The notes beneath the pieces were generated by a model. The model did no database searches and was not told where the DNA came from. It was given only the letters and a program-made list of their open reading frames with translations. From Crocinitomicaceae bacterium (lineage in GTDB: Bacteria > Bacteroidota > Bacteroidia > Flavobacteriales_D > Crocinitomicaceae): a DNA stretch of 64,000 nucleotides. The position numbers and the translations under genes were made by a program. The stretch covers positions 4,616-68,615 of the forward strand of contig JALQYQ010000044.1 in NCBI GenBank assembly GCA_023262855.1. Direction: 5' to 3'. This document shows, in pieces, positions 45,138-55,504 of the stretch (position 1 is the stretch's first letter; each line of letters starts with the position of its first letter).

Positions 45138-46280
45138 TTACAACAATCCCAAAGCGATTTTCATACGAATAACGCGTTTAGCTGATGCATCAACTTTCTT
45201 TTTGAATTCAGCGTCTGAACGGTATTTTTTCAAAATATCTGAATGTGCTTTTTTAGCATCAACTGGCATTAAAACAATGTCACATCCTGCGTTTACCGCT
45301 TTCACTTCGCATTGTGGAATACTAGCAACTCCACCCATATTCATGGCGTCAGTTACGATTAATCCTTTAAATCCATATTCACCTCGTAATAATTGCGTTA
45401 CAATCACTTCTGAAGTCGTTGCAGGCATTCCTTTCGTGTCGTATTTTGGATTGTTCATGACACCGATGTGTGCTACCATGATAGATAGTACACCGTTGTC
45501 AATTAAACTTGGGTAATTACCAATTTCTTTCAATTCACCATCAATCATTTGAAGCGATTTGTGTGTGTCTCCTGAAACCAAACCATGTCCAGGGAAATGT
45601 TTCGCAGTTGCAACAATGTTTTTCTTTTGTGTTTCTTCGATGAAGGCTTGAGACCAAGGGATGATGTTTGCTGGCACAGCTCCGAAACTTCTGAATCCTA
45701 CAGTTTTGTTTGGTGACATATCTACAACTGGAGAGAAGTTGTAGTTGATTCCAATCGCATTCAATTCATCTGAAATTGTATTAGCTACTTGGCGCACTTC
45801 TTCGACCGTTTTTAATTCATTCGCTTTTTTTACAGGTGTTGAACCAATGATTTTTCTGTTCACTAAACTTGGCTCTGCATCGGCAGAATACAAGAATGGT
45901 AAGTTTCCAAGCGTGTCGTTCATCGCTTCGAAATTCTTGATCCATGAAGTGAATTCTTCTTTTGTTCCGTTCAACATCAACACACCGCCGATGATTCTGT
46001 CTTTGATATGACTTTTAATTGTTGCTTCTGTTTGCCCTAAACGTCCAACTGCTGGCATTACTAACTGTGCTACAATAGCTGTATCATCTAAGGTTGCAAA
46101 TACGCGATCAACTTCTTTGTCAAGAGCTTCGTTTTCAGTTAGGAAATCGGTCAATTTGAATTCAACCTTTACTTCTGGTTGTTCACGTTTAACAGTTGCT
46201 TCTTTCTTTGGTGCAGCATCTTGTGCGCAACTTTGAAAAAGAACAACACATAGCGCAGAAACAATAAATAATTTATTCAT
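45138..46280 (-). CDS. Glycoside hydrolase family 3 beta-N-acetylhexosaminidase (NagZ-like) lipoprotein
   Basis: KHFPGHG motif and DAMNMGG. Start trimmed to MNKLFIVSALCVVLFQSC (ATG 46280), which removes most of the overlap with the upstream gene. Confidence 0.75.
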   Translation of the reverse strand: MNKLFIVSALCVVLFQSCAQDAAPKKEATVKREQPEVKVEFKLTDFLTENEALDKEVDRVFATLDDTAIVAQLVMPAVGRLGQTEATIKSHIKDRIIGGVLMLNGTKEEFTSWIKNFEAMNDTLGNLPFLYSADAEPSLVNRKIIGSTPVKKANELKTVEEVRQVANTISDELNAIGINYNFSPVVDMSPNKTVGFRSFGAVPANIIPWSQAFIEETQKKNIVATAKHFPGHGLVSGDTHKSLQMIDGELKEIGNYPSLIDNGVLSIMVAHIGVMNNPKYDTKGMPATTSEVIVTQLLRGEYGFKGLIVTDAMNMGGVASIPQCEVKAVNAGCDIVLMPVDAKKAHSDILKKYRSDAEFKKKVDASAKRVIRMKIALGLL

Positions 46281-47292
46281 TCGAGAATATTTTGTGTAAG
46301 TATTTGCCAAAAGTAACCTTCTTTAAGCTCCCAAATGGCATGATGTCTTCCGTTTTTTGAACAGTTCCATTGTCAATAACCATACCATATCCTTTTATTA
46401 CCTTTTTCAATTTGCCATCCGAAAGTTGAGAGGTCAAGCCAAAACGTAAATCATAGAAGTACATTGAATCCTTCGTCTGAACAATTGTATAATAACCGTT
46501 TGATATGAAATCCAATTGTTTTGCATAGTTTTTACCTTTCCATTTCAACTTATAAAGTGAAGTTTTATCCTTTTGAATGGTATCAATTTGCGTAGGATCG
46601 AATTCATAGAAAATGGATTTATAGCCAACATAGTAGTTTTTTTCATCTTCAGTTAATACCATCCAATAAAACGAAGTTAAAGGCATTGGTGTTACCATTG
46701 GATTGTCTGCTTTTATGCCATTATCAGAAAAATAAGTCGTTGCGTTTGACAGAATAAACAATTTCACCACAACACCCCAAAGCAAATAAGCAGATGAATA
46801 ATAGATTCCGAACATGTTCCACTTCTTGCGCTTTGGGTTGTCACGCTTCATGAACAAGGCAACAAGCAAAGTAATCATGAAGGGAACGGTGTAAAGTGGA
46901 TCGATGACAAATACCGTATTAAAGGTGATTCTCAAACTAAACGGCCAAAGAAATTCAGTTCCATAATTGGTAAAAATATCGAGTAGGGGATGCGTGACAA
47001 TTCCTAGGAAAAATAACCACATCCACGTTTTTTGGTCGTAGCGCTTTTTGTATAAACGATGAATGAGCCAACCCAAAATTGGTCCCATCAAAATAGCAAA
47101 CACTAACGAATGCGAAAATCCACGGTGAATTAAAGCGGCATCAATCGGATGATAGAATGCGCGTAAAAAAACATCTAAGTCAGGAATTGTTCCAGCAATT
47201 GCTCCCCAAAAAGCGGCTTTTGCACCCATTTTTCTTCCTGCAACTGCTTCCCCAACAGCAGCACCCAATACAATTTGTGTTAATGAATCCAT
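46273..47292 (-). CDS. Membrane-bound metal-dependent hydrolase (YdjM/DUF457 family) with an extra C-terminal domain
   Basis: The N-terminal MDSLTQIVLGAAVGEA...PDLD...HRGFSHS pattern is typical of DUF457. Confidence 0.65.
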   Translation of the reverse strand: MDSLTQIVLGAAVGEAVAGRKMGAKAAFWGAIAGTIPDLDVFLRAFYHPIDAALIHRGFSHSLVFAILMGPILGWLIHRLYKKRYDQKTWMWLFFLGIVTHPLLDIFTNYGTEFLWPFSLRITFNTVFVIDPLYTVPFMITLLVALFMKRDNPKRKKWNMFGIYYSSAYLLWGVVVKLFILSNATTYFSDNGIKADNPMVTPMPLTSFYWMVLTEDEKNYYVGYKSIFYEFDPTQIDTIQKDKTSLYKLKWKGKNYAKQLDFISNGYYTIVQTKDSMYFYDLRFGLTSQLSDGKLKKVIKGYGMVIDNGTVQKTEDIMPFGSLKKVTFGKYLHKIFSNE

Positions 47293-47398
47293 GCGAATTT
47301 GTCTTTTTTATGAAATTGAATTTGTCCTTATTTTAACAGCTTGTGTGTGCATAAAGTTCAACTTTTTTCTTAAATTCAAGGAAGATAACCTACCGAAT

Positions 47399-48091
47399 AT
47401 GAAAATAAATCGAACAATTAAAGAATGGGCGGAAGATGATCGTCCGCGTGAAAAGCTAGTTTTAAAAGGGAAAAATGCACTTTCTGATGCTGAACTTTTG
47501 GCCATTGTGCTAGGTTCAGGATCGCGCAATCAAACAGCTGTTGAATTGGCAAAAGAACTTCTGGAATCAGCAGAAAATAATTTGGGGAATTTCTCAAAAC
47601 TGTCGCTGCATGATCTCAAGAAGTTTCACGGAGTCGGTGAAGCAAAAGCGGTAACTGTTTTGGCGGCGCTAGAGTTAGGCAGAAGAAGAAAAGAAGTTGA
47701 CATGAAGGTTCGACCAAAAATTAGTTCTTCCAAACAAGTTTACGAATACATGAAAAGTTATTTGATGGATTTGGAACACGAAGAATTTTATGTCTTGATG
47801 ATGAATCGAGCCAATGAAATTATCCGTGCAAAACAACTATCTATTGGTGGCATGTCTGGAACTGTTGCAGATGGAAAATTGATTTTTAAAGCGGCAATTG
47901 AAATGAATGCACATGGCTTGGTACTGGTTCATAATCACCCGAGTGGACAAATGAAACCGAGTGATGCTGACCGAAGTTTGACAAAAAAGATGGTGGAATT
48001 TGGGAAATACATTGATTTACCCATTCTCGATCACGTTATTTTCACGGATTTTGGTTATTTTAGCTTCGCCGATAACGGCATGATTTCTTAA
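47399..48091 (+). CDS. radC: RadC-family JAB/MPN-domain protein
   Basis: The HNHPSG JAMM motif and an HhH-like N-terminal region. Start trimmed to ATG 47399. Confidence 0.85.
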   Translation: MKINRTIKEWAEDDRPREKLVLKGKNALSDAELLAIVLGSGSRNQTAVELAKELLESAENNLGNFSKLSLHDLKKFHGVGEAKAVTVLAALELGRRRKEVDMKVRPKISSSKQVYEYMKSYLMDLEHEEFYVLMMNRANEIIRAKQLSIGGMSGTVADGKLIFKAAIEMNAHGLVLVHNHPSGQMKPSDADRSLTKKMVEFGKYIDLPILDHVIFTDFGYFSFADNGMIS

Positions 48092-48102
48092 AATTACCAA
48101 AA

Positions 48103-49251
48103 TTGAAAAAACGAATTATTACTATCGTTGGTGCGAGACCACAAATCATTAAATCTTCTGCCATTAGTAGAGCAATACAGTCTCAGTTTTCTGAGTTGTT
48201 GGAGGAAGTAATTGTGCATACGGGACAGCATTACGATGAAAATATGTCAGAAGTGTTCTTTCAAGAAATGGGAATTCCGCGTCCGAATTATAATTTGAAT
48301 GTTGGTAGTGGAAGTCATGGTGCACAAACAGCTAAAATGATTGAAGGCTTAGAGGAGATTTTTATTAAAGAAGCCCCAACTGCTGTTTTGGTGTATGGTG
48401 ATACCAATTCGACAATTGCTGGAGCTTTGGCTGCGATTAAAATTCACATTCCGGTTATTCACGTGGAAGCAGGTTTGCGCAGTTTCAATAAAGCAATGCC
48501 AGAAGAAGTGAACCGAATTGCGTGTGATCACATGTCAACCTTGTTGTTTACTCCAACGATTACAGGTATTGAAAACTTGACTAAGGAAGGATTTGCAATT
48601 GAAACATCTGGGAAAGCAACTGCGAATGCTCCAAAAGTATATCAGTGCGGTGATGTGATGTTTGACAACAGTTTGTTTTTCTCGAGCTTATCGGATGAAA
48701 CTTCAACGATATTGGCAGAGAACGGCTTAGTTGCAAATGGTTATGTTTTAACGACGATTCACCGTGATTCGAATACAGATATTGCTGAGAACATGGACGC
48801 AATTTTTACTGCACTTTTGACCATTCAAAAGAAAAGTGGATTAACGATTGTTTTGCCAATTCATCCGCGTACCAAAGGTAAAATGAAGGATCAGTTGAGT
48901 GCTGAATTGTTTAAAGCGATTGAAGAAAATTCAAACTTTAAGATCATTCCACCAGCTGGATTTATTGATATTATTGCGTTGGAAAAAAATGCACGATTGA
49001 TTGTGACCGATAGTGGTGGATTGCAGAAAGAAGCATTTTTCTTCCAAAAGCCATGTGTGATTTTACGTCCACAAACTGAATGGGTAGAAATTGTAAACAA
49101 TGGCAATGCAATTTTAGCTGATGCATCAAAAGCGCGCATAGAACAAGCATTTGATGAATTAATGGCTAAAACTGATTATAGCTTTCCTCCGTTCTATGGC
49201 GATGGAAAAGCAGCAGAATTTATTTGTTCAAAAATCGTAGAGGATTTATAA
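48103..49251 (+). CDS. wecB: UDP-N-acetylglucosamine 2-epimerase (non-hydrolysing)
   Basis: N-terminal IVGARPQIIK, HTGQHYD, GDTNST and DSGGLQKEA motifs. The only start that keeps the conserved N-terminus is TTG 48103. Confidence 0.85.
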   Translation: MKKRIITIVGARPQIIKSSAISRAIQSQFSELLEEVIVHTGQHYDENMSEVFFQEMGIPRPNYNLNVGSGSHGAQTAKMIEGLEEIFIKEAPTAVLVYGDTNSTIAGALAAIKIHIPVIHVEAGLRSFNKAMPEEVNRIACDHMSTLLFTPTITGIENLTKEGFAIETSGKATANAPKVYQCGDVMFDNSLFFSSLSDETSTILAENGLVANGYVLTTIHRDSNTDIAENMDAIFTALLTIQKKSGLTIVLPIHPRTKGKMKDQLSAELFKAIEENSNFKIIPPAGFIDIIALEKNARLIVTDSGGLQKEAFFFQKPCVILRPQTEWVEIVNNGNAILADASKARIEQAFDELMAKTDYSFPPFYGDGKAAEFICSKIVEDL

Positions 49252-49254
49252 AAG

Positions 49255-50550
49255 ATGGTTTTAATTTTTGTTGAACGTATTACTGAGCGTCTTATCTATA
49301 CGCTGGATTTCGTCTTTAAGGAGCGAGGTCTGAGCTATGATTTGACCTCCGATCAACAAGAATTTCTAAATTCTGTAAAACCGCGTTTTAATTATTCAGA
49401 TCTAGATTTCGAAGGAATTCCGTTTTTGCGTCCTTCAACCATGTTGTTTGATACGGAGTTGATCGTTTATGGAATCGAATCAGATAAATTTGAGAAGGAA
49501 GAATGCTTGAAAATCAATGGCAGAATTGAACCATTGGCTGGAATTTTCTATGTTCTTTCTCGTATGGAGGAATATTCGTCAACCATTGAAGATGAACATG
49601 GTCGTTTCCCGTCAACGAATAGTATTTTAAACCGCTTCGGTTGGTTGGATAAGGTGGTTTGTGATCGCTGGGCTGTTGCGTTTTTACGTTTTTTGGTACA
49701 CAATAATATTCTAGAATTTGTAAATCATAAAACCGATGTGAACATTCGTCCAACCTTTGATATTGATAATGCTTATGCGTATCAGTTGAAGTTTGGTTGG
49801 AGACGTTGGTTGTCAGTAGCGCGTGATATATTGAAAGGCGATAAATTTCGTATTGTTGAGCGTAAATTGGTGTTAAAAGGTTCGTCAAAAGACCCTTACG
49901 ATACGTACGATTACATTTTGTCGATTGCAAAACGTGGATTTAAAGTAAACATGTTCTGGCTCTTGGGCGATTATGCCAAATACGACAAGAACATTTCTTT
50001 CAAGAATCTACGTCACCAGCGCTTGATTCGCAAAATGAACCGAACAACCACGGTTGGAATTCATCCGAGTTATAAATCTAACAGTTATGAATTCTATTTG
50101 TTGAATGAAAAGGAACGCCTGGAAGTGATTTTAAACAACATGGTTGAACATTCGCGTCAACATTTTTTGAAATTAAAGATTCCATTGACGTATCCCTCGA
50201 TTTCGTCAATGGGAATTAAGCACGATTATACAATGGGTTACGCGGAACAATATGGCTTCCGTGCAGGAACAGCGCGTCCGTTTAAATGGTTTGATTTAAA
50301 CAAAAATAAAGTTTCTGACTTGACCATTCACCCATTTGCGTACATGGATGGAACCTTGAACGAATACATGAATTTGAGTCCGGAAGAAGCAAAAGAACGT
50401 ATTACGAAATTGTACCATGAAGTGGAGCGTTTCGGCGGTGAATTTGTCTTTATCTGGCACAATGAAACGATTGGAGATTATGGCAAATGGAAGGGTTGGC
50501 AAGCCGTGCTCGAACATACTTTGTCGTTAAAAAACACATCACATGAATAA
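49255..50550 (+). CDS. Hypothetical protein, possibly polysaccharide-deacetylase-like
   Basis: 431 aa. RPTFDIDNAY, VGIHPSY and a SRQHFLKL-type pattern resemble the CE4-like fold. Weak recognition only. Confidence 0.35.
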   Translation: MVLIFVERITERLIYTLDFVFKERGLSYDLTSDQQEFLNSVKPRFNYSDLDFEGIPFLRPSTMLFDTELIVYGIESDKFEKEECLKINGRIEPLAGIFYVLSRMEEYSSTIEDEHGRFPSTNSILNRFGWLDKVVCDRWAVAFLRFLVHNNILEFVNHKTDVNIRPTFDIDNAYAYQLKFGWRRWLSVARDILKGDKFRIVERKLVLKGSSKDPYDTYDYILSIAKRGFKVNMFWLLGDYAKYDKNISFKNLRHQRLIRKMNRTTTVGIHPSYKSNSYEFYLLNEKERLEVILNNMVEHSRQHFLKLKIPLTYPSISSMGIKHDYTMGYAEQYGFRAGTARPFKWFDLNKNKVSDLTIHPFAYMDGTLNEYMNLSPEEAKERITKLYHEVERFGGEFVFIWHNETIGDYGKWKGWQAVLEHTLSLKNTSHE

Positions 50551-50923
50551 ACGAATTGTACTAACAGCAGCGATTTTAGTAATGCTTGCAATCATTCTTG
50601 GAGCATTTGGAGCACACGGTTTAAAAGATAAAGTTTCACCGGAACGCATTGCGACGTTTGAAGTAGGAGTGAGGTATCAATTTTACATTGGATTAGCCAT
50701 GTTAATTTTAGGATTCAATGAGGAAAAATTGGGATTCAGTTTAAAACCAACATTCCTCTTGTTGTTGATTGGTGTTTTGTTCTTTTCAGTTTCAATTTAC
50801 TTCTTGGCGATTCAAGAAATCCTTGGGGCGAGTTTGAAATTTTTAGGTCCAATTACGCCTATTGGCGGACTTTTGATGATTATTGGATTTTTGATCTTCC
50901 TTGTTAAATTAATGCGTAAATAA
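50543..50923 (+). CDS. DUF423-family small membrane protein
   Basis: 126 aa, 4 TM, GAFGAHGL motif. Confidence 0.7.
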   Translation: MNKRIVLTAAILVMLAIILGAFGAHGLKDKVSPERIATFEVGVRYQFYIGLAMLILGFNEEKLGFSLKPTFLLLLIGVLFFSVSIYFLAIQEILGASLKFLGPITPIGGLLMIIGFLIFLVKLMRK

Positions 50924-50930
50924 ATTCGAC

Positions 50931-51701
50931 GTGAAAATCACTGTGCTTGGTTCTGGAACTTCTCAAGGCGTACCGATTATCGCCTGTGAGTGCCATGTGT
51001 GCAAGTCAACAGATTTGAAGGATAAGCGTTTGCGCAGTTCAATCATGATTTCGCACGAAGGACAGAATTTTGTTGTTGATGCAGGTCCTGATTTTCGCCA
51101 ACAAATGCTACGCGAAAATGTAAAAACATTATCAGCGATTCTGTTTACACATGAACACAAAGATCATTTGGCAGGTTTGGATGATGTGCGCGCGTTTAAT
51201 TACAAGGAACAACGTGATATGGAAGTGTTTTGCTCTTTTCGTGTGGAAAAAGCACTTCATCAAGAATTTCATTATGTGTTTTCTGCAGAACGTTATCCAG
51301 GAGTCCCATCGGTGAACATTAATCGCATTGAAAATGAAGCGTTTTTGTTACCGAATGGCTTGGAAGTGTTGCCGATTGAAGTTTTGCATTACAAATTGCC
51401 CGTTTTCGGCTTTCGAATTGGAGATTTCACCTATATCACCGATGCTAAAACAGTTTCTTCCGAAGAAAGAAATAAGGTACGAGATTCAAAAGTACTTATT
51501 GTAAATGCCTTGCATCAATCGCCTCATTTGTCACATTTTAACTTGGAAGAAGCATTGGCATTTATTGAAGATGTGAAGCCAGAAACTGCTTATTTAACGC
51601 ATATTTCACATCAATTTGGAACACACGAAGAAATTCAGAAACTATTACCACCCAACGTATTTGCTGCCTACGATGGCATGACCCTCACAATCGATTTATA
51701 A
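50931..51701 (+). CDS. MBL-fold metallo-hydrolase (PhnP-like)
   Basis: HEHKDH (HxHxDH) motif, an N-terminal Cys cluster CECHVC, and a GTG start. Confidence 0.75.
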   Translation: MKITVLGSGTSQGVPIIACECHVCKSTDLKDKRLRSSIMISHEGQNFVVDAGPDFRQQMLRENVKTLSAILFTHEHKDHLAGLDDVRAFNYKEQRDMEVFCSFRVEKALHQEFHYVFSAERYPGVPSVNINRIENEAFLLPNGLEVLPIEVLHYKLPVFGFRIGDFTYITDAKTVSSEERNKVRDSKVLIVNALHQSPHLSHFNLEEALAFIEDVKPETAYLTHISHQFGTHEEIQKLLPPNVFAAYDGMTLTIDL

Positions 51702-51740
51702 TTCAATTACAAACAAGGTTTAACACCAAACAAACAACAG

Positions 51741-51953
51741 ATGAAACAACCCCCAAAATGGAAATTTGCAATCATGGTTTGGATTGCAATCTACCCGATG
51801 ATTACTTTACTTCAATTCGCATTAGGAGCACAATTAAAAGATATGCCAATTCCGCTTCGATCTTTGATAATGACGCTCATTCTTGTACCAATGATGGTAT
51901 TTGTCATGTTGCCTTTGCTTAGAAAAGTACTTGGTAAGTGGTTATCGAAATAA
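51741..51953 (+). CDS. Small two-helix membrane protein
   Basis: 70 aa with two hydrophobic helices. No domain recognised. Confidence 0.4.
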   Translation: MKQPPKWKFAIMVWIAIYPMITLLQFALGAQLKDMPIPLRSLIMTLILVPMMVFVMLPLLRKVLGKWLSK

Positions 51954-51955
51954 TG

Positions 51956-51990
51956 AAAAAGGCTAGAATTTACACTAGCCTTTTTGTTTT
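51956..51990. terminator. Bidirectional terminator hairpin between convergent genes
   Basis: Stem aaaaaggctag/ctagccttttt with an 8-nt loop, flanked by an A-run on one side and a T-run on the other. Confidence 0.65.
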
Positions 51991-51996
51991 AATTAG

Positions 51997-53259
51997 TTAA
52001 ACCTCTTTTCCTTTCAACATTTTCTTCCAATAAAGATTTGGAAGGATGTGTTTTTTCAACATCCATAGCCTCCAATGTTCTTTATCGCTGTTAAAGACAA
52101 GCATTTGTTTCAATTTTGGATCGGGCGTAAATTCATTTTTATAATTGAATTCAGCCAATACCATTTTGCCATAACCTGTCACCAAAGGACAAGATGAATA
52201 GCCTTCGTAAATTTTATCACCCAAACGATCATGTTGCATTAGATACAGAATGTTTCCTACGACAACCGGAACTTGTTTTCGAATAGCAGCACCTGTTTTT
52301 GCAGTTGGTAATGCCGCAACATCTCCAATTCCAAAGATGTTTTTATATTTCTTGTGTTGCAAAGTATTGATATCAACATCCATCCAACCGGCTTCGTTCA
52401 TTAAATCAGATTCAAGCATGAATTTCGGTGCCGTTTGTGGTGGTGCGATGTGCAATAAATCAAATGGAATTTCAATGAATGAATCGCCCCAATCTTTTTC
52501 ACCAATACTTGGGTCTGTGTTGATCACACATTGGTTTTCTAATGGAGCTGTGTGCTTGAAACGAATCGTTTTGTTTTCACAATCAATTTTTACAGGTGCG
52601 TAACTTGGTTTGAATTTGATATCGTAACGCGCGATTACTTCTTCCAATGTTTTACGAATTTCAGGAACACCAAAGATAACAGAACCTGGCATAGCTAAAA
52701 CTAGATTCGTTTTTGAAGCCATTTTTGTTTTTCTGAAATAATCTGCAGCTAGATATGCGATTTTTTGAGGCGCTCCACCACATTTTATGGGTGTTGTTGG
52801 TTGCGTAAAAATGGCATTTCCTCCTTTGAAATTTTTAATAGTATTCCACGTTTTGTTCGGATCAACATAATTACTTACAGCAAGGCCTTTTTCCAAAGCT
52901 TCAGGCAATCCTTCGATTAATTCTGGAGCCATGATTAAACCTGGTGAAACGACTAAGAAATCATAGCTCAAATCCCCAGAATTTTTTGTCGTTATTATAT
53001 TTTCTTCCGACTTAAAACCAGTTGCATAGTCTTTAATCCATTCAACTCCTTGTGGCATGACTTCAGACATTGGTTTTCGCGATTTGTCATAATCAAAAGC
53101 ATTTGCTCCAACTAGTGTCCAAGCAGCTTGGTAGTAATGATATTCAGCTGGTTCAACCAGTGCAATTTTTAAATCTTTGTTTTTTTGTAGTAGGTTGGCA
53201 GCTGTCATGATGCCGCCTGTTCCGCCCCCGATAATGAGGATTTGAAAGTGTTTTTCCAT
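51997..53259 (-). CDS. FAD-dependent pyridine-nucleotide-disulfide oxidoreductase, type II sulfide:quinone oxidoreductase-like
   Basis: ILIIGGGTGGI dinucleotide fold, IKCGGAPQK and a late SSCPLVTGYGK cysteine. Start trimmed to ATG 53259. Confidence 0.6.
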   Translation of the reverse strand: MEKHFQILIIGGGTGGIMTAANLLQKNKDLKIALVEPAEYHYYQAAWTLVGANAFDYDKSRKPMSEVMPQGVEWIKDYATGFKSEENIITTKNSGDLSYDFLVVSPGLIMAPELIEGLPEALEKGLAVSNYVDPNKTWNTIKNFKGGNAIFTQPTTPIKCGGAPQKIAYLAADYFRKTKMASKTNLVLAMPGSVIFGVPEIRKTLEEVIARYDIKFKPSYAPVKIDCENKTIRFKHTAPLENQCVINTDPSIGEKDWGDSFIEIPFDLLHIAPPQTAPKFMLESDLMNEAGWMDVDINTLQHKKYKNIFGIGDVAALPTAKTGAAIRKQVPVVVGNILYLMQHDRLGDKIYEGYSSCPLVTGYGKMVLAEFNYKNEFTPDPKLKQMLVFNSDKEHWRLWMLKKHILPNLYWKKMLKGKEV

Positions 53260-53349
53260 AGTTCGAGCATTTGAATTGTGCTGCAAGATGTATGAATAAA
53301 ACAATAACGGATGTAACAATGGTTACCTATGTACTTGAATCAGTTGATT

Positions 53350-54261
53350 TTACTGCTTTACGCGTAAACCAATAACATTCGGCAAAGGCCAGAAATGATC
53401 ATTGTCGTCGCGCGGATAGGTTTGAGAAACATACGAACCGATGCGTTCAATGACTGTATCACCGATTTTTACATACAAACTCGTTTCTGGTCCACCTTCC
53501 AAATAAATTGCATTCGTCAACTCAAAAGGAAAGTCCATCATAAATCCAATCATTTGATTGTGCGTGTAGGGAGAACGACTGAAAATGTAGTAAATGTTTC
53601 CTTGTGCGTCTTTAGCTGCAATCAACATGCTACATGACTGATTGCGCTTGTTCCAACTCAATGCTTCTCCGTTGCAATCGATCATGCGCATTCCTTGGGA
53701 GTAGCAATGATAATCGGATTTTACTTGTTCCCACGTATCGCACTTTAAATCCAAAATTGTAAAACGATGGTCTGTCGTGTCTTTTGGATTTAAGGCAATC
53801 ATAGAGTTATAATTCGGATTGAATGTCGCATTGTTGTGATGATCATAACTTTTCATGTAACCACGATTGATCAAGCCATTCGACAATTCATACATGCCCG
53901 CATTGATCACGACATTCAGGTTGAAACTATCCGCCCATTCGTTCACAGGCCGTGAAATTTTACCGTATTGTGTTGCAGTTAATAATTCGAAATCGAACTT
54001 GTTTGGGTTGATTTTGATAATTGTGAGTTTAGAATCTCCAACAATCGACAAACGAGGCGCAGATGGTTCACACCAGTCAATTCCATCCGCTAAATTTTTC
54101 CATTCGTAAACAGGAACAATGACGGTGTCCATATTTACGCGAATGGAATCCACTTTCACTTTAAGTGTATCTGAATTAGTAACAGGCGTCACTTGCGCTG
54201 AAGCGTTCAACACAGCCAAAAACGAAAAAACCGAAAGTAGTATAGGGTTAAACAGCTTCAT
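53350..54261 (-). CDS. Secreted phosphodiester-glycosidase-like (DUF2233) protein
   Basis: Signal peptide after trimming to ATG 54261. INAGMY and AIYLEGGPETS segments resemble DUF2233. Confidence 0.4.
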   Translation of the reverse strand: MKLFNPILLSVFSFLAVLNASAQVTPVTNSDTLKVKVDSIRVNMDTVIVPVYEWKNLADGIDWCEPSAPRLSIVGDSKLTIIKINPNKFDFELLTATQYGKISRPVNEWADSFNLNVVINAGMYELSNGLINRGYMKSYDHHNNATFNPNYNSMIALNPKDTTDHRFTILDLKCDTWEQVKSDYHCYSQGMRMIDCNGEALSWNKRNQSCSMLIAAKDAQGNIYYIFSRSPYTHNQMIGFMMDFPFELTNAIYLEGGPETSLYVKIGDTVIERIGSYVSQTYPRDDNDHFWPLPNVIGLRVKQ

Positions 54262-55369
54262 TCCAATCGAATTTTTTAGGTCTAAACGGGAAAACATCAT
54301 ACAAATCTCCCGAATAATAGAACTGAAACGCAATTGCGCCAAAAGAATACGGTTTTTCGTAAATTTTTATTGTTGATCCACCCACTTTCGGGTTTTTCTT
54401 TGGAACAGATTGAGGAAAACCAACATTGAACAAGGTCGCTAAAATCTCTGGACGATTATCAATTGGATAGCCAGCGCGTTCCCATTGATGTTTTACTTGT
54501 TTCAAGAAGACCGCGGCATACATGTAAGAGTAATAGTGATTGCGGAAAGAAGTCAATCGATCCATGCGCTCTTTGGCAGTGTCCGCTGTCTGGAAATCCA
54601 ATAAGTGCTCATATTTTTCCCCCAAGTAATATTCACTGTTTTTATCTTTTAGCAAGGCTTCAATACGTTTTGCTGTATGCTCTTTGATTCCAGTAACCCC
54701 AAACGAAAATTGAGATTCAACAGAAAGTACTTTCAGTGGTCCAATCCATTGTTTGTAGGCTTCGCGATTCGAATTGAACAAACGAATTTGCTCACCCACT
54801 AAACAAGAAACAATTAAACGTGCTTCAACACCTGTTTGATTAGCAACAGAATCAATGATTGCTTTGTCTTTCACCACTGCTTCTTTGAAGGTTTGCCATT
54901 CAGCAATGTTCATCCATTCATACACACTTTCTTGTTTGTATCTGAGTTTTTGATGACGCTTTTGGTAGAAGTACTTGCTGACTTCTTTTTGGTATTGTTT
55001 GTTGTCTTTCAAATTGATGTCAACGGCATCCAACATGCGCAACACTTCAATTTCATTGTGATTGCGTTGAAAAGCATGTAAAATATATTGTGCGTTTCTT
55101 GGGTAATATTTGTTGAGAATTAAAATGCGGTGCAAGGCCTCATAATCTTTGTATTCAATACTTGAAGTGTCTTTTTTGAATGATTGGTTGTATTTATCCT
55201 TGTTCTGGTCGAAGTAACGATTGTTCGCATCAATGGTTCCACCGTCATCCGTTAAACGAAATTTTATCGCAACATAAGAAGCTGTTAAGAAGAAACCAAT
55301 TAATGCAAAACCCACTAAAAATGTATAGAATGGAATTTTAAACCATTTACTGCGAAAGATTTTTTTCAA
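54248..55369 (-). CDS. Membrane-anchored hypothetical protein
   Basis: 373 aa with an N-terminal TM (FYTFLVGFALIGFFLTASYVAI). No recognised domain. Confidence 0.4.
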   Translation of the reverse strand: MKKIFRSKWFKIPFYTFLVGFALIGFFLTASYVAIKFRLTDDGGTIDANNRYFDQNKDKYNQSFKKDTSSIEYKDYEALHRILILNKYYPRNAQYILHAFQRNHNEIEVLRMLDAVDINLKDNKQYQKEVSKYFYQKRHQKLRYKQESVYEWMNIAEWQTFKEAVVKDKAIIDSVANQTGVEARLIVSCLVGEQIRLFNSNREAYKQWIGPLKVLSVESQFSFGVTGIKEHTAKRIEALLKDKNSEYYLGEKYEHLLDFQTADTAKERMDRLTSFRNHYYSYMYAAVFLKQVKHQWERAGYPIDNRPEILATLFNVGFPQSVPKKNPKVGGSTIKIYEKPYSFGAIAFQFYYSGDLYDVFPFRPKKFDWNEAV

Positions 55370-55479
55370 GTTCTTAAGATTTGATATTCAGCGCAAAATT
55401 AGTCATTCAAAAATGAATTTGAAACGCTCACTTGTTAATTATTTACTACACGTAACAATTTCACATAGGCGAATTCTAT

Positions 55480-55487
55480 TATCTTTG
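55480..55487 (+). promoter_or_regulatory. -7 box TAtcTTTG upstream of fabI
   Basis: Matches TAnnTTTG 17 nt upstream of ATG 55505. Confidence 0.4.
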
Positions 55488-55504
55488 TCCCAAATAAAAC
55501 GAAC